Source: a virus
Taxonomy: Duplodnaviria; Heunggongvirae; Uroviricota; Caudoviricetes
DNA length: 64,000 nt
Virus record (IMG/VR): IMGVR_UViG_646311924_000007
Coordinates: 33,898 to 97,897 of that record
Reading direction: 5' to 3' (one strand)
Below are positions 52,146-62,430 of the stretch, in pieces (position 1 is the stretch's first letter; each line of letters starts with the position of its first letter). Under the pieces are notes generated by a model, which worked only from the letters and a program-made list of their open reading frames with translations, was not told the DNA's origin and did no database searches. Position numbers and translations under genes: made by a program.

Positions 52146-52450
52146 TGATGACCGGCGAGCTTTATTTTAAAATGGCACGGGAGCGGCGTGTGCATCTGGA
52201 TCGGATATTTCATCTCCAGAAGAGAGTAGAAGAACTGGAACGTCGTCTGAACTGTTATCCTGTTGATATGGTGTCTGCAATACCGCCGATTCCAATAGAA
52301 ATGCAGATCCGCCTATGGATGGAAGAATATGGAATGCCGTGGGAGATATTTTTCTGCTTCGACCATAAACAGTGGGTAGATGAGCTGGATAATAGTTTCC
52401 CATATTTCACAGAGAACACATGCCCAGTATGCAGGAAGAACGGAATATGA
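52145..52450 (+). CDS. coiled-coil/Cys-motif small protein, paralogue family B (101 aa)
   Basis: Same C-terminal motif (MPWEIFFCFDHKQWVDELDNSFPYFTENTCPVCR). Confidence 0.4.
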   Translation: MMTGELYFKMARERRVHLDRIFHLQKRVEELERRLNCYPVDMVSAIPPIPIEMQIRLWMEEYGMPWEIFFCFDHKQWVDELDNSFPYFTENTCPVCRKNGI

Positions 52451-52971
52451 CAAAATTTGGAAAGCTGGAAGCTCATTTGCTAACTCGTAACTACCGCCAT
52501 GATATACACCCATATAGACAGTGGATCGATGAAAGTGAAGGAGTAGTTACATTCCCTCTATACAGGTTTGATGGGATGTTGGCTGGGTATCAGACATATA
52601 GACCAGGTGCTCCTAAGCAGCATAGCAATCCGAAGATGGCCCGGTATTTCACGCGATCACATGGCAGACAGTTACTTTGGGGAACCTATCTTCCTTTAAA
52701 AGATGGCCCAATATGGATAACTGAGTCTATTTTTAAGAGCGCAGCTGTACACAACGCGGGCGGCAATTCGTGGGCGCTGTTAGGTTCGACTTTCTCCGCA
52801 GGATTACGCCGTCAACTTGCGATGCTGCCGTATGACTTTCGTGTAATAGGTGACAATGATGCGGCTGGTGAATTACTTGTGAAGTCTTTCGGAAAAGGTT
52901 TTGTGGCCCCGGATCTTGACGAGCTACAACCACATGAAGTGTCTCATTTGATTTTTAGCCATAGCCAATAA
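52420..52971 (+). CDS. small Toprim-like domain protein (183 aa)
   Basis: Conserved Glu (PIWITESIF) and DxD (RVIGDNDAAG) in Toprim-like spacing. Confidence 0.4.
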   Translation: MPSMQEERNMTKFGKLEAHLLTRNYRHDIHPYRQWIDESEGVVTFPLYRFDGMLAGYQTYRPGAPKQHSNPKMARYFTRSHGRQLLWGTYLPLKDGPIWITESIFKSAAVHNAGGNSWALLGSTFSAGLRRQLAMLPYDFRVIGDNDAAGELLVKSFGKGFVAPDLDELQPHEVSHLIFSHSQ

Positions 52972-53031
52972 GCATCTCTCCCCTTTGAGGCCACAATTAG
53001 TGGCCTTAAACAATGTGTTTTCTACCTCGAT

Positions 53032-53247
53032 TTAGCCTCTATTATCGTTTTGCATTTCTCTAATCCGGTTCAGAACTACTTCATGCTGGGCTTGGATAGC
53101 GGCTTTTTCGTTTTCAAGTCGGGCAATAGACATCTCTAATTCTTTGCTGTACCAGGCGAGTTGGGCCAGGTTCATCCGGTTGTGGTCGAGAGTTGGAGAC
53201 ACTTCGACGCGATCCCTTTCTTCCTGCTTTAATGAGAAGAGATTCAT
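53032..53247 (-). CDS. small coiled-coil protein (71 aa)
   Basis: ORF on opposite strand to the early array. Confidence 0.35.
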   Translation of the reverse strand: MNLFSLKQEERDRVEVSPTLDHNRMNLAQLAWYSKELEMSIARLENEKAAIQAQHEVVLNRIREMQNDNRG

Positions 53248-53277
53248 CTCATCCCTTGAGGAAAATTCAGCAACAAT

Positions 53278-53613
53278 TTATTGTTGATGATCCGGTCGCT
53301 GCGGCATCCTCGCCAGTATAAATGGCGGTTCTTTTGAAAACATGAATGTCGGTTCAGACCGTGTTTTTACCCAGCTTGCCTGCTGTCTTTCGGCAAGTTC
53401 ACAGGCTTCATCATAGTTATTTGCCAAACCAAGCACGGATGGACGGTCCCACGCGCCACCATTCAGACAATAAACAACAATTTTCCCGTCATGTTCTGTA
53501 ACCCCATAGGGATGGTCCCACCAGGCGTCCAGCTGAGCTTTAGAGCGTTTCTCGTTAGGAGTGCAGTCAAAATTTTTGGGCAATACAGGATCGAGAGGAA
53601 TGCGATTAGGCAT
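53278..53613 (-). CDS. hypothetical protein (111 aa)
   Basis: ORF; Trp-rich. Confidence 0.35.
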   Translation of the reverse strand: MPNRIPLDPVLPKNFDCTPNEKRSKAQLDAWWDHPYGVTEHDGKIVVYCLNGGAWDRPSVLGLANNYDEACELAERQQASWVKTRSEPTFMFSKEPPFILARMPQRPDHQQ

Positions 53614-53787
53614 AGCTAATTCCTTATTAACTGATTGGCAACGAGGTTACGCTGATCCCGCGGTGATGAATAGTAGCAAAGCGCACAAAAATCATCAGCG
53701 GTGGTTGATGTACATAACGCGTTTGCACCAAAGGTGCTTCTTTAATGTATACTGTACAGATAAACAGTATTTTTGAGGTAAAACGCT

Positions 53788-54177
53788 ATGGGTTTCCCTT
53801 CTCCTGCGGCGGATTATGTTGAAAGCCGAATTTCTCTTGATCAGCAGATAATTAGACATCCATCAGCAACCTACTTCATGCGGGCAGCTGATAGCCATCA
53901 CCGTGAGGGAATATTGCAGGGTGCTTTGCTGGTGGTTGATTCCTCGCTTACTCCGGTTGATGGTTCTCTGCTTGTGTGCGCTATGGAGGGTGAATATCGC
54001 ATAAAGAGATACAGGAAGTATCCGCGCCAGCACCTGGAGGATTTAAGCACCGGGAAGAAAGAGGCGTTACCAGTAGATGACGATGGTTACACGGGTAGTA
54101 ATGCTGTTTTTGGTGTGATCACTCATGTCATCAATGATGCCCGAAGTGGGGAATTTGATGATTGTCCGGTGATTTAA
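53788..54177 (+). CDS. humD: UmuD'-like protein HumD
   Basis: GFPSPAADYVESRISLDQQIIRHPSATYF closely matches the UmuD N-core; C-terminal VFGVITHVIN. Confidence 0.8.
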   Translation: MGFPSPAADYVESRISLDQQIIRHPSATYFMRAADSHHREGILQGALLVVDSSLTPVDGSLLVCAMEGEYRIKRYRKYPRQHLEDLSTGKKEALPVDDDGYTGSNAVFGVITHVINDARSGEFDDCPVI

Positions 54178-54249
54178 GCTGCAAAGTGCTGGTGCTTTAT
54201 GCCTGTGAAGTTTATAATTGTGTACACATAACGAGTACACGAGGTGTTT

Positions 54250-54471
54250 ATGCAATCCATTAACTTCCGTACCGCGCGTGGCAACCTTTCTGAAGTGCTC
54301 AACAATGTTGAAGCCGGGGAAGAGGTTGAAATCACCCGCAGAGGCCGTGAGCCAGCAGTAATTGTCAGCAAGGCTACTTTCGAAGCCTACAAAAAAGCGG
54401 CGCTGGATGCTGAATTTGCATCCCTGTTTGACACCCTGGACTCCACCAACAAGGAACTGGTTAACCGATAA
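54250..54471 (+). CDS. phd: Phd antitoxin (73 aa)
   Basis: Sequence [40 protein letters not shown]... is P1 Phd as I recall it; stop overlaps doc start (TAATG). Confidence 0.9.
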   Translation: MQSINFRTARGNLSEVLNNVEAGEEVEITRRGREPAVIVSKATFEAYKKAALDAEFASLFDTLDSTNKELVNR

Positions 54472-54851
54472 TGAGGCATATATCACCGGAAGAACTTATT
54501 GCGCTTCATGATGCGAATATAAACCGCTACGGCGGCCTGCCGGGAATGTCAGATCCGGGTAGGGCAGAGGCCATTATCGGGAGAGTTCAGGCCAGAGTTG
54601 CCTACGAAGAGATCACCGACCTTTTCGAAGTCTCCGCCACCTACCTGGTGGCTACAGCGAGAGGGCATATATTCAATGATGCCAATAAGCGTACCGCGCT
54701 AAACAGTGCGCTGTTATTTCTACGCCGTAACGGGGTGCAGGTATTTGATTCACCTGAACTGGCAGACCTTACCGTAGGGGCTGCGACCGGAGAGATATCT
54801 GTATCTTCTGTCGCCGACACGTTACGTAGATTGTATGGTTCCGCGGAGTAG
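54471..54851 (+). CDS. doc: Doc toxin (Fic-fold kinase, 126 aa)
   Basis: 126 aa, HxFx(D/N)(A/G)NKR-type motif ([11 protein letters not shown]). Confidence 0.9.
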   Translation: MRHISPEELIALHDANINRYGGLPGMSDPGRAEAIIGRVQARVAYEEITDLFEVSATYLVATARGHIFNDANKRTALNSALLFLRRNGVQVFDSPELADLTVGAATGEISVSSVADTLRRLYGSAE

Positions 54852-55035
54852 ATTAATGGCACGTAAATACAACAAATTGTCCCGTGAAGCGTTAAAGATG
54901 CTTCTTGATGGCGTGAGTCGCCGCGAGGTAAAGCAATACCTGGTTGGTAAGCAAATTGGTGCCAGGACCGCTATTGCTGTGTTATGCCGTCAGGAAATGG
55001 TAGTGCTTAAACAGAGAATGCCGGGCAGCAGATAA
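54835..55035 (+). CDS. small basic protein downstream of doc (66 aa)
   Basis: ORF overlapping doc 3' end. Confidence 0.4.
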   Translation: MVPRSRLMARKYNKLSREALKMLLDGVSRREVKQYLVGKQIGARTAIAVLCRQEMVVLKQRMPGSR

Positions 55036-55062
55036 AGCCCAATCAGTGATTAAAGGTGTGAT

Positions 55063-56106
55063 GTGAAAGCCGTAATTACTCCCTTTGTACAGAAAGAGCT
55101 TGGCCTCGCCACGTTCAAAGTGGATCAGGAGGTCAGAAAGCTGGTGGAGGCTGGCCGTAAATTTATTATGGAGCCGGTGCCGCGTGAGTTAATCGAGCAC
55201 ATGGAAGACGGCCTCGTTGTTACCGAGCAAACCATGGCAACAAATGAGGCGTTGCAGCCGTTTTTTAACAGCGATGAACTGTTTCGCCGTATTGGTGGAA
55301 TTGACGCGCTGGTGGCGTGGTTGCGCAGGAAAGAGGGGCAATGCCAGGCCGCAGATCGTAGCTGGTGTGACAACCATATTGTCCACGCAGAACGAGACAA
55401 TAGCGCGGTGTTGTTGTGCTGGCATCACGATAACCATTACCGGATGCGTGGTTTTAATGAGCTGAAAGAAACGCTGCATAATAATCGCGTTAACTGGATA
55501 CTGGATGTCGCCCGTCAGGAAATGGGGCTTTCAGATGGCCATGATTTAAGTATTCAGGAACTGTGCTGGTGGGCTTTCATGCGCAACATGATGCACCTGA
55601 TGCCGGAAGAAGTTTGCCGTATATCAATAAATAAGATGAAAGCCGCAACGCAGGATAGCGGACCTCTGAAAGAGGCGGATATTCGCCCGTATGACGATCG
55701 CGCTACAGCATATGTTCAGATGATGGAAGAACGCGCCGCGCCGATGCGTGCAAAAGTATGCCCTGTGGATGTTGACTCCGACCCAGGTATGGCGCATTTC
55801 AAGATACCAAAACTTCAATCGCTAAAATTACCTGAGTACATGGACTTTGTTGCTTCCCGTCCATGCTGTGGGTGTGGAGCGGCGGGAGCTGGCGCTCACA
55901 TTACGCCTTATATCGTTCGTCATAGTCGATTATGCGCGCATGACATTTACGCAATTCCTCTGTGCCAGTCATGCCAGCGTGATATTGAGCGTGACCGCGA
56001 TAATTGGGAGAAGACGCACGGTAGGCTGGCGATGCATCAACGATTGTTCTTTGATTACGCGCTTGGAGTCGGCGCTATCACAAGTCACTCGTCGAGCGTT
56101 AGATAA
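55063..56106 (+). CDS. hypothetical protein with Cys/His clusters (347 aa)
   Basis: ORF; multiple CxxC/HxxH-like clusters; followed by an operator-like site. Confidence 0.45.
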   Translation: MKAVITPFVQKELGLATFKVDQEVRKLVEAGRKFIMEPVPRELIEHMEDGLVVTEQTMATNEALQPFFNSDELFRRIGGIDALVAWLRRKEGQCQAADRSWCDNHIVHAERDNSAVLLCWHHDNHYRMRGFNELKETLHNNRVNWILDVARQEMGLSDGHDLSIQELCWWAFMRNMMHLMPEEVCRISINKMKAATQDSGPLKEADIRPYDDRATAYVQMMEERAAPMRAKVCPVDVDSDPGMAHFKIPKLQSLKLPEYMDFVASRPCCGCGAAGAGAHITPYIVRHSRLCAHDIYAIPLCQSCQRDIERDRDNWEKTHGRLAMHQRLFFDYALGVGAITSHSSSVR

Positions 56107-56107
56107 A

Positions 56108-56124
56108 ATTGCTCTAATGTATTG
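56108..56124 (+). promoter_or_regulatory. C1 operator-like 17-mer (ATTGCTCTAATGTATTG) upstream of lpa
   Basis: 13/17 match to consensus, 2 nt after the preceding stop. Confidence 0.5.
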
Positions 56125-56194
56125 CTATTTCTTTAATAGAGGGTATTATATTCCACGTTGATTAGTTGACATGGGCTAATCAGTAGGTGACAGG

Positions 56195-56647
56195 ATGTTA
56201 CTTAACTGGCAGGGACGCCACTTCATGGAAATAAATCACTCACGAATAACATCGTATGAGATTGCGGATTACATGATCCGCACTAAGTCTTTTCTATCAG
56301 CGAAAGAACTCGCAGCAATCCTTGAAAAGGAATACCCGCATCTGGATGTCGATAAGCGCGATGTTTATCTGCGCTTAAAGGCTATCGCTGTGTCTAAGTA
56401 TTCGTCTGTTTTGATTGATGACAGTACACGCCCACGTAGATTTCAGATCCACTCTCTGAATCCTGAATTCTTTCGCCGTAGCCGCGCTCCGCGCCGGTTT
56501 GATGAAAAACTCCAGAACGAACTCTATATGACGCAGGACGAAAAGGAACGCCGGGAGCACCAGCCTTGGGTAATGGCGCGTCAACTTTTCAATAAGGTGG
56601 CCCGTCAGCACCGTCATTACGGTAATGCCACATCCGCACGTATCTGA
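56195..56647 (+). CDS. lpa: late promoter activator Lpa-like protein (150 aa ORF)
   Basis: Position (C1-operator-controlled gene immediately upstream of pacA) and size as P1 lpa. Confidence 0.55.
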   Translation: MLLNWQGRHFMEINHSRITSYEIADYMIRTKSFLSAKELAAILEKEYPHLDVDKRDVYLRLKAIAVSKYSSVLIDDSTRPRRFQIHSLNPEFFRRSRAPRRFDEKLQNELYMTQDEKERREHQPWVMARQLFNKVARQHRHYGNATSARI

Positions 56648-56732
56648 TTGATTGCTTGCCCGTTCCGGGCCTTTTGACATGTGACTTTCGTTACCCTCGC
56701 GTCAAAAAGAGTTTTTACGAAAGGAAGCATAA

Positions 56733-57926
56733 GTGACCTGGGACGATCACAAGAAGAATTTTGCTCGCCTGGCGCGAGATGGTGGTTACACCATCGCACA
56801 GTATGCCGCCGAGTTTAATCTTAACCCTAATACCGCACGTCGTTATCTCCGTGCCTTCAAAGAAGACTCCAGGACTGCGGACAGCCGCAAGCCAAATAAG
56901 CCAGTCAGGAAGCCACTAAAAAGCATGATCATTGATCACTCTAATGATCAACATGCAGGTGATCATATTGCGGCTGAAATAGCGGAAAAACAGAGAGTTA
57001 ATGCCGTTATCAGTGCCGCAGTCGAGAATGCGAAGCGCCAAAATAAGCGCATAAATGATCGTTCAGATGATCATGACGTGATCACCCGCGCCCACCGGAC
57101 CTTACGTGATCGCCTGGAACGCGACACCCTGGATGATGATGGTGAACGCTTTGAATTCGAAGCTGGCGATTACCTGATAGATAACGTTGAAGCGCGGAAG
57201 GCCGCGCGCGCTATGTTGCGTCGGTCCGGGGCCGATGTTCTGGAAACCACTCTTCTTGAAAAGTCTCTTTCTCATCTCCTTATGCTGGAGAACGCCAGGG
57301 ATACGTGTATTCGCCTGGTGCAGGAAATGCGCGATCAGCAAAAAGACGATGATGAAGGTACTCCGCCTGAATACCGTATCGCGAGCATGCTAAACAGCTG
57401 TTCCGCGCAGATAAGCAGTCTGATCAACACCATTTACAGCATCCGGAATAACTATCGAAAAGAAAGCCGGGAGGCGGAAAAGCACGCTTTATCTATGGGG
57501 CAAGCTGGCATTGTTAAGCTGGCATACGAACGAAAGCGTGAAAATAACTGGTCAGTGCTGGAAGCAGCTGAATTCATCGAGGCGCATGGTGGGAAAGTTC
57601 CGCCCCTGATGCTGGAGCAAATCAAAGCCGATCTGCGTGCTCCTAAGACCAATACCGATGATGAGGAAAGGCAAACAGCCGTCGGTGGCCCTTCTCTTGA
57701 AGATCTGGACAAAGTTGCGCGAGAACGGGCCGCCAGCCGCCGCGCTGATGCCGCATTGTGGATTGAGCATCGTAGAGAAGAAATTGCCGATATCGTCGAT
57801 ACAGGTGGTTATGGTGATGTCGATGCGGAAGGCATATCAAACGAAGCATGGCTTGAACAGGATCTGGACGAAAACGAGGAGGAAGACGAAGAAGTTACCC
57901 GCAAACTGTACGGGGATGATGATTAA
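56733..57926 (+). CDS. pacA: terminase small subunit PacA (397 aa)
   Basis: 397 aa as in P1 PacA; contains the pac GATC-hexamer cluster near its 5' end; acidic C-terminus. Confidence 0.8.
   Translation: MTWDDHKKNFARLARDGGYTIAQYAAEFNLNPNTARRYLRAFKEDSRTADSRKPNKPVRKPLKSMIIDHSNDQHAGDHIAAEIAEKQRVNAVISAAVENAKRQNKRINDRSDDHDVITRAHRTLRDRLERDTLDDDGERFEFEAGDYLIDNVEARKAARAMLRRSGADVLETTLLEKSLSHLLMLENARDTCIRLVQEMRDQQKDDDEGTPPEYRIASMLNSCSAQISSLINTIYSIRNNYRKESREAEKHALSMGQAGIVKLAYERKRENNWSVLEAAEFIEAHGGKVPPLMLEQIKADLRAPKTNTDDEERQTAVGGPSLEDLDKVARERAASRRADAALWIEHRREEIADIVDTGGYGDVDAEGISNEAWLEQDLDENEEEDEEVTRKLYGDDD
56925..57085 (+). other. pac: pac packaging site (4 + 3 TGATC(A/G/C) hexamers)
   Basis: GATC at 56927, 56934, 56946, 56961 and 57057, 57069, 57080 separated by about 90 bp. 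Confidence 0.75.
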
Positions 57927-59410
57927 TGGCCAGAAGTTGCGTAACGGACCCACGTTGGCGCGAGCTGGTGGCGCTATATCGTTATGACTGGATTGCGGCC
58001 GCTGATGTGTTGTTTGGGAAGACACCAACCTGGCAGCAGGATGAGATCATTGAGTCCACGCAGCAGGACGGCAGTTGGACAAGTGTGACCTCCGGCCATG
58101 GTACTGGTAAGTCGGATATGACGAGTATCATTGCAATACTCTTCATCATGTTTTTCCCCGGCGCTCGCGTTATTCTGGTCGCTAACAAAAGACAGCAAGT
58201 CCTTGATGGTATTTTCAAATACATAAAGAGCAATTGGGCTACTGCTGTTAGCAGATTCCCGTGGTTGTCGAAGTATTTCATTCTTACAGAAACGTCTTTT
58301 TTTGAGGTGACTGGCAAGGGTGTTTGGACAATATTGATAAAGTCCTGTCGCTCCGGAAATGAGGAGGCGTTGGCTGGTGAACACGCCGATCATCTCTTGT
58401 ATATCATCGACGAAGCGTCGGGTGTGAGTGATAAAGCATTCAGTGTGATAACAGGTGCGCTGACCGGTAAGGATAACCGTATTCTGCTTCTTTCCCAGCC
58501 TACGCGACCTTCAGGCTATTTCTACGATTCACACCACAGACTAGCTATTCGCCCGGGAAATCCTGATGGATTGTTTACTGCGATAATACTGAATAGTGAA
58601 GAATCTCCGCTTGTAGATGCAAAATTTATACGAGCAAAACTTGCGGAGTATGGCGGTCGTGATAACCCCATGTACATGATCAAAGTACGTGGTGAATTTC
58701 CCAAATCTCAAGATGGCTTTCTTCTTGGTCGTGATGAGGTTGAGCGGGCGACGCGGCGAAAGGTCAAGATTGCCAAAGGATGGGGCTGGGTTGCATGTGT
58801 TGACGTTGCTGGTGGCACAGGACGAGATAAGTCCGTTATTAATATCATGATGGTGTCCGGCCAGCGAAATAAACGCCGTGTAATCAACTATCGTATGCTG
58901 GAATACACAGACGTTACAGAAACGCAGTTAGCCGCCAAGATTTTCGCAGAATGTAACCCAGAACGGTTCCCGAACATAACCATAGCTATTGATGGCGATG
59001 GCTTGGGGAAATCGACGGCTGATCTGATGTACGAACGCTATGGTATTACCGTCCAGCGTATCCGCTGGGGTAAAAAGATGCACAGCCGTGAAGATAAAAG
59101 CCTTTATTTCGATATGCGCGCTTTCGCGAATATTCAGGCGGCAGAAGCTGTAAAATCAGGGCGTATGCGGCTTGATAAGGGGGCTGCGACTATAGAGGAA
59201 GCATCAAAGATACCGGTAGGGATAAATTCCGCAGGTCAATGGAAGGTGATGTCAAAGGAAGATATGAAGAAAAAACTCAACCTGCACTCACCGGACCATT
59301 GGGATACATATTGTTTCGCTATGTTGGCGAACTATGTTCCCCAAGATGAAGTGCTTAGCGTCGAAGACGAAGCGCAGGTTGATGAAGCTCTGGCATGGCT
59401 TAATGAATGA
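57926..59410 (+). CDS. pacB: terminase large subunit PacB (494 aa)
   Basis: 494 aa; translationally coupled to pacA (ATGA overlap); ATPase-like GTGKSD motif. Confidence 0.8.
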   Translation: MARSCVTDPRWRELVALYRYDWIAAADVLFGKTPTWQQDEIIESTQQDGSWTSVTSGHGTGKSDMTSIIAILFIMFFPGARVILVANKRQQVLDGIFKYIKSNWATAVSRFPWLSKYFILTETSFFEVTGKGVWTILIKSCRSGNEEALAGEHADHLLYIIDEASGVSDKAFSVITGALTGKDNRILLLSQPTRPSGYFYDSHHRLAIRPGNPDGLFTAIILNSEESPLVDAKFIRAKLAEYGGRDNPMYMIKVRGEFPKSQDGFLLGRDEVERATRRKVKIAKGWGWVACVDVAGGTGRDKSVINIMMVSGQRNKRRVINYRMLEYTDVTETQLAAKIFAECNPERFPNITIAIDGDGLGKSTADLMYERYGITVQRIRWGKKMHSREDKSLYFDMRAFANIQAAEAVKSGRMRLDKGAATIEEASKIPVGINSAGQWKVMSKEDMKKKLNLHSPDHWDTYCFAMLANYVPQDEVLSVEDEAQVDEALAWLNE

Positions 59411-59413
59411 ATA

Positions 59414-59430
59414 TTTGCTCTAATAAATTG
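59414..59430 (+). promoter_or_regulatory. C1 operator-like 17-mer (TTTGCTCTAATAAATTG)
   Basis: 15/17 consensus, 4 nt after the pacB stop. Confidence 0.6.
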
Positions 59431-59612
59431 TGTTTTTTAACTACCGATGTTACATTGAGCCTGACCTCTTGCGCCTTGAGGCATTTTCGGTTTATGCTTA
59501 TCAGGCACCTCATTAAAACGGGTGCCGGGATTGGCCTCCCGCTTAAGTCTAAGGCGATACAGACGCCGCTCGCGTCTTTTTTTGTATCGGCGTACACGCA
59601 CACCTCTACAAT

Positions 59613-59691
59613 GGTGGGCTGTATGGGGCTACCTTCGGGTAGGCTGGTTACCTTGGACGCCAGTAAGGCCAACTCCGTACAGTCCACCGCC
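59613..59691 (+). ncRNA. candidate second c4-like antisense RNA
   Basis: Begins GGTGGGC and ends CCACCGCC like the module-1 candidate; contains CCTTGGACG, 8/9 complementary to the icd-2 RBS region; boundaries approximate. Confidence 0.3.
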
Positions 59692-59748
59692 AGCAAGATT
59701 GGTCTCTTCTGCGGTGGTTACATACCAACGTCTAAGGAGGCTGCCAAT

Positions 59749-59970
59749 ATGGCTACTATCCCTACCCCAACTCATCCTGAATTTATCTGGCGCTTTTACT
59801 CCTGCCAAAAACGTCACTATCACTTCGTTATTGCACCAACAGAAGATGAGGCTCGCTCTCAGCTTCCTGACGCCCCATGTATTTTCTCTGCCCGTTTTTC
59901 CACTGATTCACGCAATTCTCTCAGTTACTGGTGCCTCCCTGTTAACGCTTCTGCTCAGGAGGGACTATGA
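59749..59970 (+). CDS. Icd-like protein, second copy (73 aa)
   Basis: MATIPTPTHPEFIWRFYSCQKRHYHFVIAPTEDEARSQLPDAPCIF... is a clear paralogue of Icd; stop overlaps the original ATG of the downstream ant-like gene. Confidence 0.7.
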   Translation: MATIPTPTHPEFIWRFYSCQKRHYHFVIAPTEDEARSQLPDAPCIFSARFSTDSRNSLSYWCLPVNASAQEGL

Positions 59971-60015
59971 GAATGAACCGCCCCGGGTTTCCTGGAGAGT
60001 GTTTTATCTGTGAAC

Positions 60016-60906
60016 TCAGGCTGCCAGATCATCGTTTCCGATGGAAGCATAATAAGCTTTTTCTGCTTCTGCCGGAGGAGTATGGCCCAGCCTTCCCAGC
60101 AATCGTCGATTGTTATACCAGTCCACCCACGTTAGTGTGGCCAGTTCCACTTCTGCACGGTTTTTCCAGCTCTTACGGTGTATTACCTCCGCTTTGTAAA
60201 GACCATTGATGCTCTCAGCCATCGCGTTGTCATACGAGTCGCCTGTACTCCCTGTTGATGCCAGTAATCCGGCTTCTTTTAGTCGCTCCGTATAGGCCAG
60301 TGACACATACTGAGAGCCTTTATCGCTGTGATGGATGGTGCCAGACGGACGACGGGCCCACAACGCCTGCTCCAGCGCATCCAGCACGAATGTCGTTTCC
60401 ATAGACGATGAGACCCGCCACCCCACGATGTATCCGGCAAACACATCAATGATAAACGCCACATAGACGAAGCCCTGCCATGTGCTGACGTAAGTAAAAT
60501 CAGCCACCCACAGCTGGTCAGGTCGTTCTGCCACGAACTGACGGTTTACGCGGTCGCCTGCGGCAACGGCTTTCCGGCTGATGGTCGTACGGACCTTTTT
60601 ACCCCGGAGAACACCGGCAAGTCCCATAACCGCCATGAGACGTGCCACTGTACATCTGGCCACCCTGATTCCTTCCCGTAACAACTGACGCCAGACTTTA
60701 CGCACACCGTACACCTGATGATTTTCATCGTATACGCGCTGTATCTCTCTCTTCAGCCAGTCGTCGTGCTGCGCACGGGCACTGCGTTTATCCGGATGAT
60801 GTCGCTGTTGCTGACAATGGTAATACGTTGACGGGGCAATATGCAGTTCGCTGCATACCGGTCCGACCCCGTACTGCTCACGCAGCTTATCCAGCAGTGG
60901 CATCAT
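60016..60906 (-). CDS. IS3-family transposase OrfB
   Basis: Protein identical to 41379..42269. Confidence 0.85.
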   Translation of the reverse strand: MMPLLDKLREQYGVGPVCSELHIAPSTYYHCQQQRHHPDKRSARAQHDDWLKREIQRVYDENHQVYGVRKVWRQLLREGIRVARCTVARLMAVMGLAGVLRGKKVRTTISRKAVAAGDRVNRQFVAERPDQLWVADFTYVSTWQGFVYVAFIIDVFAGYIVGWRVSSSMETTFVLDALEQALWARRPSGTIHHSDKGSQYVSLAYTERLKEAGLLASTGSTGDSYDNAMAESINGLYKAEVIHRKSWKNRAEVELATLTWVDWYNNRRLLGRLGHTPPAEAEKAYYASIGNDDLAA

Positions 60907-61229
60907 TTTTTCCAGAGGCGGTCGAACTCCGCCTTCGCAAAATAAGCGGAAGCCTGGCGAAGGATATCGTTACTGCGGCGCAGTTCACGATTTTCACGTT
61001 CCAGCTCTTTCAGACGCTGACGTTCAGCGCTGGTGAGCCCACCATCACCGCCCCCGGTATCCCGCTCATGCTGGCGAACCCAGACACGCAGAGTCTCCGG
61101 CGTACAGCCAATCTTTGGGGCAATGGAACAAATTGCCGCCCACTGTGAGTCATATTCATCCTGACTTTCCAGAACCATACGAATCGCCCGCTGACGGACT
61201 TCGGGGGAAAAACGAGTATTTTTAGTCAT
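60903..61229 (-). CDS. IS3-family transposase OrfA
   Basis: Protein identical to 41056..41382. Confidence 0.85.
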   Translation of the reverse strand: MTKNTRFSPEVRQRAIRMVLESQDEYDSQWAAICSIAPKIGCTPETLRVWVRQHERDTGGGDGGLTSAERQRLKELERENRELRRSNDILRQASAYFAKAEFDRLWKK

Positions 61230-61309
61230 CCTGTTTACCTCTTTCTCAGGGAGTTTAGTCTCCAGGATTTCCGGGGCGGTTCAGAACGTCATTAGTCACC
61301 CGTGAAGAG

Positions 61310-62398
61310 ATGATCGAGGCAATTGAACAGCACACAATCTGTATCAGCACCAGGGATATACCTGGCGTTATTGCCAACTACTTCATGATCACCAAACAAC
61401 TTTACCGGAGAAAGGACAAGAACGCGGTTCACCGTATCCTGTTGTCTGATATCCGCGAATACCTGCTCGAACAGGGTCATCTGAATTACGCAACCGTCGC
61501 AGCCGAAGCACGCAAGGAGGCACACAGAATGAAAGCAAATAACGTTAAATTAGAAAAAATTCATGCACCTTCAGTTCAGGAATCGGAGCTGGTGGTTGTT
61601 CAGAATCAGTCTGATGAAATTCCCGTTCTGGAATGGCAGGGAGTGCGTGTAGTGACAACCGAGACTCTTGCGAGAGGGTATGGGACAGAAACAATCCGTA
61701 TTCGCCAAAATCATCATGAGAACAAAGTACGCTTTGTTGAAGGGAAGCACTTTTTCAAAGTTGAAGGAGAATCATTGCGCGAGTTGAAGCACAGAGTAGC
61801 TTTAAACTACTCTGTAAAAATTGCTCGCAATGTTCGCTCACTCACCCTCTGGACAGAACGCGGCGCAGCCCGCCACGCTAAAATGCTCGAAACCGATCAG
61901 GCATGGGCATTCTTTGAAAAACTGGAAGACAGCTACTTCCGACAAAAAGAACAGCAACCGATCGCAATCCCCCAGACGCTTCCTGAAGTCCTACGCCTGG
62001 CTGCCGAACTGGCTGAACAAAAGCAACTTCTGGAACAGAAAGCCCACCAGCTAAATCAGCAGCTGGTGGCCGCCGCTCCTAAAGTCGATTTTGCCGACCG
62101 GGTATCAGTAGCTAAAGGGATCCTGATTGGGAATTTTGCAAAGGTTGTTGGACTTAAGCAAAACGCGCTGTTTGTCTGGTTACGGGAGAACGGCATCCTG
62201 ATAGCGTCCGGTGGACGTAAAAATGTGCCGTTCCAGCAGTACATCAACGCGGGGTATTTCACGGTGAAAGAAGTGGTGCTGGATGATGAAGATGGCTACC
62301 AGATACGGTTGACGCCTCAATTAACGGGTAAAGGCCAGCAGTGGTTGACGCGTAAACTGCTCGATGCTGGCTTGTTAAAACCGGTGGCGGCTGAATAA
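61310..62398 (+). CDS. antirepressor Ant paralogue (ORF6N + KilA-C-type), 5' end displaced by the IS insertion
   Basis: 362-aa ORF; C-terminal 150 aa about 85-90% identical to Ant; original start ATG lies at 59967 on the other side of the IS. Confidence 0.65.
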   Translation: MIEAIEQHTICISTRDIPGVIANYFMITKQLYRRKDKNAVHRILLSDIREYLLEQGHLNYATVAAEARKEAHRMKANNVKLEKIHAPSVQESELVVVQNQSDEIPVLEWQGVRVVTTETLARGYGTETIRIRQNHHENKVRFVEGKHFFKVEGESLRELKHRVALNYSVKIARNVRSLTLWTERGAARHAKMLETDQAWAFFEKLEDSYFRQKEQQPIAIPQTLPEVLRLAAELAEQKQLLEQKAHQLNQQLVAAAPKVDFADRVSVAKGILIGNFAKVVGLKQNALFVWLRENGILIASGGRKNVPFQQYINAGYFTVKEVVLDDEDGYQIRLTPQLTGKGQQWLTRKLLDAGLLKPVAAE

Positions 62399-62430
62399 TG
62401 GAAGAATGCCCGGTTGATGCCGGGCATAAT

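Larger units (their letters stand above)
59974..61283 (-). mobile_element. IS3-family insertion sequence (IS629-like), copy 2, inverted relative to copy 1, 3-bp target duplication GAA
   Basis: Same 1310-bp element; Orf proteins identical to copy 1; flanked by GAA/GAA; inserted 7 nt after the ATG of the second ant-like gene. Confidence 0.85.

Noticed and set aside
41002-61283. The two IS copies considered as ends of a composite transposon
   Set aside because: They are in inverted orientation and each has its own distinct 3-bp target duplication (GAC and GAA), indicating two independent insertions.
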